DNA from: an uncultured virus (IMG/VR IMGVR_UViG_3300036770_002758)
Taxonomy: Duplodnaviria; Heunggongvirae; Uroviricota; Caudoviricetes
Virus record (IMG/VR): IMGVR_UViG_3300036770_002758
DNA: 64,000 nucleotides
Strand: one strand, 5' to 3'
Shown here: piece by piece, positions 38,715 through 46,073 of the stretch
Numbering within the stretch: position 1 is the first letter of the stretch
Layout: the number at the start of each line of letters is the position of its first letter
The notes under the pieces: model-generated
Told to the model about the DNA's origin: nothing
Database searches by the model: none
Seen by the model: only the letters and a program-made list of their open reading frames with translations
Position numbers and translations under genes: made by a program

Positions 38715-39226
38715 GCTTTGTTTTTTTCGTTCTCAATGAATGCCAACATCTCTTCGGCAGCTTTGATCCTACGTTCCATGTGGGGCTTGCCTGGTCGGAG
38801 TATGTGGTCCGAGAATGCTCTAGTCGCCTCCAGCGGACCCTTATCTGCCGCCTGAAGTACTTTAGTCACATTCCCGGAGCCAATATAATCGACCCCAGTT
38901 TTCCATGACCTAAACAGGATGTCCACGAGCATATCAAGTTGTCGCTCTGCGGAGTCTTCACCGTTTACATGGTCAAGGTAGTCAAGGTAAAGGCTAAACA
39001 AGCCCTTGCCTCTGGGGTCAAACTGGAACAGGCCCACTGCTGGTGTCAAGCGGCCCTTTTGTCTTTCACGATAGTTAAACGTACCACCAGTCTCTACGGC
39101 ACTGTTGGCAAGCATGGCAACGATGAGGTTGTCGGACAGATCAGGCTCTTTGCGCAGATGGTTATAGCACATGCGCAGATTAGGCAGATTCCTGAGTTCT
39201 GTGTACAACTTAGTCATAGCGTCCAA
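38711..39226 (-). CDS. phage tail-lysozyme-like muramidase
   Basis: AMLANSAVETGG.F...Q.....GLFQF...F...ILRPG.P....R pattern. Confidence 0.7.
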   Translation of the reverse strand: MDAMTKLYTELRNLPNLRMCYNHLRKEPDLSDNLIVAMLANSAVETGGTFNYRERQKGRLTPAVGLFQFDPRGKGLFSLYLDYLDHVNGEDSAERQLDMLVDILFRSWKTGVDYIGSGNVTKVLQAADKGPLEATRAFSDHILRPGKPHMERRIKAAEEMLAFIENEKNKA

Positions 39227-39245
39227 TTGCCTAATAAGTAGCCAT

Positions 39246-39677
39246 CTAATCTTCTATTGGTTCGTAGTCGCCATCAATGGCATCGTCTGTGCTGGCTGAG
39301 ATGTTGGTGTTATCACCAAGACCACTGATGTTAATGGTCACAGAGGCTTTGCCACCACTGCCCTTCTCGAAGCTGCTCAGAGGGGCCAGACGATCAACAA
39401 TCAACTTCCATGCTGCCGATTGGGCCTTATGGTCATCGTCAAGGGCAGCATCAAATATCTTTTCTAGCACCTTAATGGACTTAGGGCTAGTGACTAAGCG
39501 TGCCTTGAACTCTGCCAATGCTGCCGCTTCGCCTGGTGGTCTACCCCTCTTAGGATAGTTACCTTTCTTCTTGGATGCCACTAAGGCCTTCGGTGGCCTG
39601 CCTACACGCTTCTTGGCTGGCTCCGAGTCCGTAGGTGGCACATCTATGTTTACACCAGACTCATCATCTTGTGTCAT
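39246..39677 (-). CDS. putative terminase small subunit
   Basis: GRPPK/GRPPG hooks; KVLEKIFDAALDDDHKAQSAAWKLIVDR; VTINISG; first gene of the packaging operon. Confidence 0.7.
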   Translation of the reverse strand: MTQDDESGVNIDVPPTDSEPAKKRVGRPPKALVASKKKGNYPKRGRPPGEAAALAEFKARLVTSPKSIKVLEKIFDAALDDDHKAQSAAWKLIVDRLAPLSSFEKGSGGKASVTINISGLGDNTNISASTDDAIDGDYEPIED

Positions 39678-39975
39678 TCATTAACCCAATTAGGCTTACA
39701 CAAATATTACACAATCTGTACACTCTACAGTATAGTCAATATTGTCTGGTGGTTAGCACCAGGAGTATATGGATTAATACCGCTTAGAAGCACAAGTGGT
39801 TAAGGACATAACGGTAATTATCATTTTGACCCTTTAACCTTGTTTCAGTAGATAATCAAGAAGGATTATACATGTTCGAGGCAGTTTAGATAACCTTGCA
39901 CTTGTGCCAGTTGTCAGGTGAGCGAGAATGCCCACATAACCGCTATCGCGGACCATGTAGACTTTCTTGTCCTAT
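39678..39975 (-). ncRNA. candidate structured 5' leader RNA of the late operon
   Basis: No ORF; several hairpins and a long-range GCACAAGTG/CACTTGTGC pairing downstream of a consensus promoter. Confidence 0.35.
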
Positions 39976-39981
39976 GTATAT

Positions 39982-40010
39982 ATTATAACCTTGATCAAAA
40001 AACCTGTCAA
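39982..40010 (-). promoter_or_regulatory. perfect sigma70 promoter driving the packaging/virion operon
   Basis: TTGACA (40010-40005), 17 bp, TATAAT (39987-39982) on the minus strand. Confidence 0.85.
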
Positions 40011-40192
40011 GCATTATTTTCATTAGACACATATTTCCTTATTGTGTTCATAATAGTGACTGTGTTGACTGTGTAGCAACATGGGGTTGATGGGGCCTTA
40101 ACTGTCCAGATTGCTCTCCCTTATTAGCTCCGATGCGGGCCTGTGTGGACACACGGCCTCCGCTGCCCGCCGCTGTCTATAGACTCCTTTAT

Positions 40193-40205
40193 TATCAACA
40201 ACTTA
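40193..40205 (+). promoter_or_regulatory. IHF-like binding site
   Basis: TATCAACAACTTA matches the IHF consensus WATCAANNNNTTR, in the non-coding putative genome-end region. Confidence 0.45.
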
Positions 40206-40470
40206 GCCATTAAGGCAATAAGGCATTGTTGTCATCAGTGATAGGTTCTTCCTTTCACATTATTGCTCTTTTTTCTAATTTGCCTTCTGCTGTGTCCGAT
40301 GCGGTACTGCAACATTGCCAACATAGCATCCCGGCCCCCCGGCCACGATGGCAACCCGGCCCCTCCATGCTGGACCATGCTGGCCTATGCCGAGCCTATG
40401 CGGCAGTGTTGCCGTACCGTACTGTTCGGTTTCCCCATCGGGGAAGTTCGGTTGCCTGGCGCATCACGGC

Positions 40471-40512
40471 CAGTGTGGCCATGCCGGACAGTGTGGCCAT
40501 GCCGGACAGTGT
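40471..40512 (+). repeat. 18-bp tandem repeat CAGTGTGGCCATGCCGGA x2.3
   Basis: Read directly from the sequence. Confidence 0.85.
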
Positions 40513-40673
40513 AGGGGCCGATGCGGTACCCCATAGGGCAACGCTGCCAATGCAGGCAATGCTGCCATGCTGTCCCATGCTCGTGCACCTATATAGGTAC
40601 AGTGCTGTCCGATGCTGTCCTTGTGTACAATTATGCAAAGATTGTGGAACATAAAAATAATTCAAAAAACTTG

Positions 40674-40701
40674 TTGACAGCCTGTTTCAGTGTGCTAATT
40701 T
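40674..40701 (+). promoter_or_regulatory. sigma70 early promoter
   Basis: TTGACA, 16 bp, TGc-TAATTT (extended -10), with an A/T-rich UP-like tract upstream. Confidence 0.7.
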
Positions 40702-40746
40702 TACCACATGCCAGCCACTAAGGCGCTGGCCCTAGGAGGATATACC

Positions 40747-41148
40747 ATGCTTGACTCAACAGACTACAGCCTTCCCCATCGGGGAAACACCAGCACCAAC
40801 ACTGCCAGCAGCAACACTGTCCTGTACAGCACCACTACAGCAAAACAGACAGCACGCGCAGTCCGTGTATGGCTGGAGAACAAAAGCAAGTTGGAACACG
40901 CTGGCTTCCATGCTGGCGCACGCTATGGCATTGCTTACCGTGAAGGATATGCTGTCTTGACACTGGATCAGAATGGCACCGGCACTGTCTCAAGCTGCAA
41001 GCGTGGTGACGTAGAGCGGCCCATCATCGACCTGCATAGCAAAGCAGTAGCTGGTGCATTCAATCCGGGTGAGCCGCTGACAATCCATTACCATCCGGGC
41101 CGCATTGAAATCAGCGTAGACATGCTGGCACTGGCAATAGGGGAATAA
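40747..41148 (+). CDS. first early gene; putative AbrB/SymE-like DNA-binding protein
   Basis: ATG 40747 after AGGAGGA; RVWLE...LEHAGF..GARY...G..TVS...RPIIDL pattern resembles the N-terminal domain of some ICE/plasmid cytosine methyltransferases. Confidence 0.55.
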   Translation: MLDSTDYSLPHRGNTSTNTASSNTVLYSTTTAKQTARAVRVWLENKSKLEHAGFHAGARYGIAYREGYAVLTLDQNGTGTVSSCKRGDVERPIIDLHSKAVAGAFNPGEPLTIHYHPGRIEISVDMLALAIGE

Positions 41149-41153
41149 GTCTA

Positions 41154-41243
41154 ATGAAACTACACGATATAGTACTATTGCTGGCAATGGTGCCAGTGTG
41201 CTATGTTATCTTGGTGCTAGCGATTGATGTAGCACTGGCCTAA
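41154..41243 (+). CDS. 29-aa hydrophobic peptide
   Basis: MKLHDIVLLLAMVPVCYVILVLAIDVALA with a GGGGAA RBS. Confidence 0.5.
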   Translation: MKLHDIVLLLAMVPVCYVILVLAIDVALA

Positions 41244-41264
41244 TCGAAACCTTGGAGGAATACA

Positions 41265-41531
41265 ATGCGCAAACATGTTAATAATTTGAAATCTATCATC
41301 CGTGAACCCTACGCATGGCCGGGTGGCTATGAACGATTTGCCATTACTACAGATGGTGGCTGCCTATGTCATAAATGCTGCAAAACCGAGTACCGTATTA
41401 TCCTTGCCAGCACGCGCACAAATGCCCGCGATGGTTGGACAGTAGCAGGGCAGGCGAGTACAGCTGATACGGACAGTTTTACTATGTGTGACCAGTGCGG
41501 AACAATCATCATTGAAGATAATGAGGAGTAA
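41265..41531 (+). CDS. early hypothetical Zn-finger protein
   Basis: YAWPGGY...DGGCLCHKC...CDQCG; GGAGG RBS. Confidence 0.75.
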   Translation: MRKHVNNLKSIIREPYAWPGGYERFAITTDGGCLCHKCCKTEYRIILASTRTNARDGWTVAGQASTADTDSFTMCDQCGTIIIEDNEE

Positions 41532-41537
41532 CAGACA

Positions 41538-42038
41538 ATGACAGACAACGCAAAAAAGCAAGCATTTGCCCAAATGGACAGTATTCATGCCCTAGTGGCC
41601 GCAATGGCAGTAGATTATGACAGACTGGACGAATTGAACGGGACAGCCGATTTAATTGCCGAAGATGACGGACCGACAGCCTACGCTATATGGCTGGACA
41701 GTGATGAAGGTAGGGAACGTGCTGCTTTGCTGGCAGCTGCGGGCGATTGCATGGATGCAGATGAGGCGCGAGAGCGCATTCTTGAAGATGCACTGGACGT
41801 ACAAGTCCGCAGCGGCTGGAACGGCCCTGACGAAAAACTAGTGCCATCCGAGTATATGATACTCTTGTGCACTGGCGGCCCAGCCGTGCGTATACGTGGC
41901 GACCTTGACCAATACTTGCAGCCTTGTTCGGCTGTCCTGGAATACCAGGATTGGGGCACTCCATGGACTGAATACCGGGGCGACAATGCCGATCCAGACA
42001 CATTGTTGGCCTATGCGCAGTGTTTCTACTTCGCATGA
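41538..42038 (+). CDS. acidic early hypothetical protein
   Basis: ILLCTGGPAVRI.G.L......LEYQDWGTPW motif; GAGGAG RBS. Confidence 0.75.
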   Translation: MTDNAKKQAFAQMDSIHALVAAMAVDYDRLDELNGTADLIAEDDGPTAYAIWLDSDEGRERAALLAAAGDCMDADEARERILEDALDVQVRSGWNGPDEKLVPSEYMILLCTGGPAVRIRGDLDQYLQPCSAVLEYQDWGTPWTEYRGDNADPDTLLAYAQCFYFA

Positions 42039-42063
42039 CTGCGAAACTTTTGAGGCTGAGACA

Positions 42064-42270
42064 ATGAAAAGTAAAATTTTGTATGTAACTAATGAAGCAG
42101 TTCAGTGCCGCGACATAGTATCAGGGAAAATTGGATGCTTCCTTTTTGAATACACCGAAACAGGAGATAAAAAAGCAATCTCCCCTGTGTTCCCCTGCTA
42201 CCGTGATCTGGTAGCGTGGGACAATGAAAACGGACATTCCAGGTTTTCCAGATATGAGGACCAACAATGA
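42064..42270 (+). CDS. hypothetical protein
   Basis: MKSKILYV..., GAGG RBS, ATGA overlap with the next gene. Confidence 0.55.
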   Translation: MKSKILYVTNEAVQCRDIVSGKIGCFLFEYTETGDKKAISPVFPCYRDLVAWDNENGHSRFSRYEDQQ

Positions 42271-42404
42271 AGCAGCAATTCCTTTTCTTTCTGGCCCTGA
42301 CCATAGGCGGTATACTGACTGCCGGACTGATCGCGGCGGCCGTTTTCGTGACGTTCACTATTGGTGACAGTATCCTTGTTGGCGTGGAGGCGATGAAGCA
42401 ATGA
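42267..42404 (+). CDS. 45-aa membrane peptide
   Basis: MKQQFLFFLALTIGGILTAGLIAAAVFV...; ATGA overlaps on both sides. Confidence 0.55.
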   Translation: MKQQFLFFLALTIGGILTAGLIAAAVFVTFTIGDSILVGVEAMKQ

Positions 42405-42784
42405 GAATAAAAGTAACAGAATTGACAGGCGTCGCGTTGAATTGTGCTGTAGCAAAACTGGAAGGGATTTTGTTTCCCCGAAGTATCCCGCCTTACTCAA
42501 CAGACTGGGCACAAGGCGGGCCGATTATTGAGCGGGAAGGTATAACAGTTGCCTACTGCGCTGGGGACTTGGGTGAGCCGCGCAGCTATTGGATAGCTAC
42601 GCCCGAACAGCAGGGATGGGACTGGGGATACGGCCCGTACCACGAACAAGATGAGGAAAAGTCCTTTCAGGTCTACAAAAACACAACGTCAACAGGCCCC
42701 ACTCCACTGATAGCTGCCATGCGCTGCTACGTGGCAAGCAAGCTTGGTGACGAGATCGACATACCGGAGCAACTGGCAAAATGA
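42401..42784 (+). CDS. NinX/DUF2591-family protein
   Basis: YSTDWAQGGPIIERE...GPTPLIAAMRCYVASKLGDE. Confidence 0.85.
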   Translation: MRIKVTELTGVALNCAVAKLEGILFPRSIPPYSTDWAQGGPIIEREGITVAYCAGDLGEPRSYWIATPEQQGWDWGYGPYHEQDEEKSFQVYKNTTSTGPTPLIAAMRCYVASKLGDEIDIPEQLAK

Positions 42785-43041
42785 CTACCTATCTAATCCT
42801 TGTGCATCACTTATGGGCCGTAGTGCGTCACGGCGATTTTGACCCGCCGGACCCTGTGCTCGATGCGATCTACCAGGCAGCCATAGCGGCAAGGCCCATC
42901 GGGCAAGTATTGCCCCCAATTGCCGAGCATATAAATGCACGGATGTCCTGCATCGAAGTAACTAGGATGGCTGCAAGGCATGAGGCAATGCGGTACAGGG
43001 AAGACATTATGGCCCTATGGGAAAAACAAGTGAGGCACTGA
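42781..43041 (+). CDS. hypothetical protein
   Basis: 86-aa ORF coupled to the upstream gene. Confidence 0.55.
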   Translation: MTTYLILVHHLWAVVRHGDFDPPDPVLDAIYQAAIAARPIGQVLPPIAEHINARMSCIEVTRMAARHEAMRYREDIMALWEKQVRH

Positions 43042-43043
43042 CA

Positions 43044-43226
43044 ATGCAGGGCATACTGCCGAAAGACTATGACGTAACAAGGCCCATACAGGGGCCAGAC
43101 TGGCAAGAAACCCTAGACTGGTATCGGACACTGCCGCAGATAGGTAGACTGTCCCATGCTGTAGACTTATGGCGGGAGCTTGACGCAATGCAGTTAATAG
43201 TAGGGGAACAAGATGAGAACGATTAA
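43044..43226 (+). CDS. hypothetical protein
   Basis: ATG 43044 after GAGG; tight packing. Confidence 0.5.
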   Translation: MQGILPKDYDVTRPIQGPDWQETLDWYRTLPQIGRLSHAVDLWRELDAMQLIVGEQDEND

Positions 43227-43311
43227 GGTTTTATTGTGGGTAGCGTATGGCACCATGGCCTTTATGGCAGGTTACCTGGTAGCACGTATTCTGTACACTG
43301 TAACCCTGTAA
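43213..43311 (+). CDS. 32-aa membrane peptide
   Basis: MRTIKVLLWVAYGTMAFMAGYLVARILYTVTL with a GGGGA RBS. Confidence 0.45.
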   Translation: MRTIKVLLWVAYGTMAFMAGYLVARILYTVTL

Positions 43312-43383
43312 AAACGGCCCTAGAAGGCCATTCAAGGCCTACCCGGTAGGTAGGTATTACTTTTTAACTAAAGAGGCTCCAGC

Positions 43384-43647
43384 ATGAATACAGAAAGGCC
43401 AGAATGGCATTCAATGGCAGTAGCACCCCTGCCCATCGGAAATTACAAAAGATGTAAGTGCTCAGTGTGCGGTAATGTGTTTAGCAGTACGTCCGCATTC
43501 GATAGGCACCGAGTCGGCGCACACGGGACACCTGAGCGCAGGTGCGTTGATCCGCGCAGCATCGGCATGAGAATAAGAACAGTCACAGGCGGCACCGAGT
43601 TTGCTTTTCCGAGTGATCCACGCGCATGGGGAATCAGCAATGTTTGA
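43384..43647 (+). CDS. FDxHR-type zinc-binding protein
   Basis: CKCSVCGNVFSSTSAFDRHRVG...RRC. Confidence 0.75.
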   Translation: MNTERPEWHSMAVAPLPIGNYKRCKCSVCGNVFSSTSAFDRHRVGAHGTPERRCVDPRSIGMRIRTVTGGTEFAFPSDPRAWGISNV

Positions 43648-44059
43648 ACGTATACCGCAGGACAAAGAAGCCCTCAGGGCCGAACTGGCAGTAAAGATGG
43701 CAGAATGGGAGGCAAGGCACCAGGTAACAGTATTGCCTCCATGCCGTGAGAGCCGTTATATTTATGCAGTGCGTCTCGATGGCGATGCTGTAGCAGAGGC
43801 TGATGTCTTGCTGAAAGCGCCTCGATGGTACCCAGGTATCGAGGAGATGGTCAAGAAAAGACAGACTGCCGTCGCGGATGCCATTGCGGCACAGAAGGCA
43901 GCAGGCAAGGCTGCTTATGCGCAAGCACGGAAACAGGGATTATCCGAGTATGAGGCTAATCAGGCCCGAAAGGCCGCACAGAGGAAGACCAAACTGGACT
44001 ACAAGGATGCCTTGCAGCGGGATAACAATAGTTTATACAACAGGACGGGAAAGCTATGA
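43640..44059 (+). CDS. hypothetical protein
   Basis: Probable ATG 43640 (MFERIPQD) overlapping the previous gene. Confidence 0.6.
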   Translation: MFERIPQDKEALRAELAVKMAEWEARHQVTVLPPCRESRYIYAVRLDGDAVAEADVLLKAPRWYPGIEEMVKKRQTAVADAIAAQKAAGKAAYAQARKQGLSEYEANQARKAAQRKTKLDYKDALQRDNNSLYNRTGKL

Positions 44060-44258
44060 TGGCTATATTGCCAATATGTTTACCCATATTGACTATATAG
44101 ACCGAAACGGCCAGTTTATACTCTTTACCCCTTTCGTCCTTGACGATGGACACAAGATAAAGGACAATGGACAACAGGCGAAGGGCCGTGTTGGTCATTT
44201 TAGTGATGAGTCAAAAACGTGTCAATAGGTTAATTGTGTATCCAATGAGGAGACCGTA

Positions 44259-44486
44259 ATGGTAATAGAACGAATAATTGCAGGAGTGTTGACCGATGAG
44301 GACGCCGAGTTGTATGCTGCCGCTCGGGAAGTAATGACTGGTGCCCCTCTGTTCGCCGTAGCGGATGCCTATGGCATTGCGGCAGCGGACATTGAAGTGC
44401 TCGTTGAGGAATTGACTGAGCTTGAACGTGAATACGCCAGGATGGCCCTACATACCATTTCAGACTTGAGGAAAAACCATGATTAA
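44259..44486 (+). CDS. small acidic, possibly HTH, protein
   Basis: GAGGAG RBS; GAPLFAVADAYGI resembles an HTH. Confidence 0.6.
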   Translation: MVIERIIAGVLTDEDAELYAAAREVMTGAPLFAVADAYGIAAADIEVLVEELTELEREYARMALHTISDLRKNHD

Positions 44487-44685
44487 TGACGATCCGATGC
44501 GCACAGGTGACGAAGACTACATGACACCGAGTCAAATGTTTGTTTCAACAATGCGGGACTTTGACTCGATTTTCGGGCATAAGCCGCTGCGCAAGATGAC
44601 CGATGCGGAAGAACGTGCTAGGGATATGTACTGGCACCAGAAGGAAACGGAAGCAATGGAGCGTTTCCAAAGAGGTGATGAATGA
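44479..44685 (+). CDS. hypothetical protein
   Basis: GAGG RBS; overlaps its neighbours. Confidence 0.6.
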   Translation: MINDDPMRTGDEDYMTPSQMFVSTMRDFDSIFGHKPLRKMTDAEERARDMYWHQKETEAMERFQRGDE

Positions 44686-45020
44686 CTAAAACAGCATGGT
44701 ATCACTTACCGAACGCAGCGCACATAAGCCGTGTGCTTGCACATGTGAGAGCTAACCCCCAGAAATGGGCCGCAGCTTCGGACGCAGCTTCGGACGCAAC
44801 TTGGGCCGCAGCTCGTAAGGCAGCCTGGGCCGCAGTTTATGACACAGCTTGGGCCGCAGCTTGGGACGCCTGCTTGGCACTCATAGCGTGGGATAAAGCC
44901 GGTGAATTAGTCGACAAAACCCCGCAGCAGCTTAAGGCACTAAGTGACGCAGGAGTACACGCAGCCACTCTGCTGCTGCCTGCGAGTATAGCAATGGCCG
45001 GAACGGGAGGTGATGAATGA
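44682..45020 (+). CDS. Ala/Trp-repeat (AAWxA) phage protein
   Basis: WAAASDAASDATWAAARKAAWAAVYDTAWAAAWDA encoded by 12-bp repeats. Confidence 0.75.
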   Translation: MTKTAWYHLPNAAHISRVLAHVRANPQKWAAASDAASDATWAAARKAAWAAVYDTAWAAAWDACLALIAWDKAGELVDKTPQQLKALSDAGVHAATLLLPASIAMAGTGGDE

Positions 45021-45313
45021 AAGACATTGAATACGCAGCGCTGGCGATGGGCTTTGATGATGCCGAACTGGATGCCGTGACCGGGCTGCGCTGCTTTTGG
45101 TGGCCGCTGAACGATGACGGCGACTCGCGCAGGCTGGAGAGGGCGTGTATGCACTGGCTACACTCAAATGAGACAAAAGTCCCGGTCTATGTATGGGAGC
45201 TTGACTGCGAACTAGATGACGCAAGACGCGCAGGAAGTCCGCAGGAATACCGCGCCGCAGTATTCGCGCTGGCGGTGGCAATAGGCAAGTTGATTGATGG
45301 GGGTACTAAATGA
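45017..45313 (+). CDS. hypothetical phage protein
   Basis: WPLNDDGDSRRL...RAAVFALAVAIG motif. Confidence 0.7.
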   Translation: MKDIEYAALAMGFDDAELDAVTGLRCFWWPLNDDGDSRRLERACMHWLHSNETKVPVYVWELDCELDDARRAGSPQEYRAAVFALAVAIGKLIDGGTK

Positions 45314-45606
45314 GCGAGCTCAAATGCACATACTTCGACCATGTGGCGCCGGAGCTGTACGCATGGTTGGATCAAAATTTAGAAACACACACAATCAGGG
45401 ACAGGTACGGCGACTCGCACGGTCTTATTGAAGTGGTGCCTGCTGAGGCTGTCCTAGCCCTACTCGCCGGCAAGGTGCTGTGCGATGCGGAGCCGTTCGG
45501 CTACTTTAAGCCGGAGCCGTTCGGATGGACTGACTGCGCAGAGACTGACGAAGGGGCGCGACCGCTTTATGCTGCTGCCGACATGGGCAAGGAGGGCGGG
45601 AAATGA
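45310..45606 (+). CDS. hypothetical phage protein
   Basis: EPFGYFKPEPFGWTDCAETDEGARPLY motif. Confidence 0.7.
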   Translation: MSELKCTYFDHVAPELYAWLDQNLETHTIRDRYGDSHGLIEVVPAEAVLALLAGKVLCDAEPFGYFKPEPFGWTDCAETDEGARPLYAAADMGKEGGK

Positions 45607-46073
45607 GCACACTGATTGAAATGAAAAACCCTAAGACCGGGCAGATTGAGAAGGCCATACGCCAGCCCGGCTACTACGGCCCAGGACAAGCCAGCATTAC
45701 GTTCATCTCAGACCGTATGACGCAGTACAATGAGAATGATCTACTGGCAGGCAAGACAGGCTCTGAGTCCGGTATGGACGGCCTAATAAAGAAGGTGACG
45801 GACTGGAGCCGGGACAGGAAGATATTGGAGCATGGCAATCTTCGCACTCAATGCCTGAAGCTCATGAGCGAAGTGGGTGAACTGGCAGACAACATTGCTA
45901 AGGGCAGGGATACCAAAGATGACATAGGGGACTGCCTGGTTATCCTGAACAACCTTGCCATCATGTCAGGATCAAACCTGAAGTCCTGCCTCGAAGTGGC
46001 CTATGAGGACATAAAGGAGCGCAGAGGCATCATGAACCCTAATGGTGTGTTTATAAAAGAGGCTGATTACTGA
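45603..46073 (+). CDS. MazG-like nucleotide pyrophosphohydrolase with an N-terminal extension
   Basis: W..DR.I......Q.LKLMSEVGELA.......DDIGD..V.L...CLE.AY.DIK.R.G....GVFIKE. Confidence 0.85.
   Translation: MSTLIEMKNPKTGQIEKAIRQPGYYGPGQASITFISDRMTQYNENDLLAGKTGSESGMDGLIKKVTDWSRDRKILEHGNLRTQCLKLMSEVGELADNIAKGRDTKDDIGDCLVILNNLAIMSGSNLKSCLEVAYEDIKERRGIMNPNGVFIKEADY

Larger units (their letters stand above)
40431..40786. repeat. two identical 15-bp palindromes TTCCCCATCGGGGAA (candidate operators)
   Basis: Copies at 40431-40445 and 40772-40786 flank the early promoter. Confidence 0.7.

Noticed and set aside
40471..40512. Tandem repeat as a mini-CRISPR
   Set aside because: Units are contiguous with no spacers.
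40226..40721. Cys/Pro-rich ORFs in the control region
   Set aside because: No RBS, low-complexity translations in several frames, and they lie upstream of the early promoter.
44040..44075. GGACGGGAAAGCTATG resembling part of a c-di-GMP-I riboswitch
   Set aside because: The upstream GNRA-capped stem is missing and the sequence overlaps the end of a CDS.
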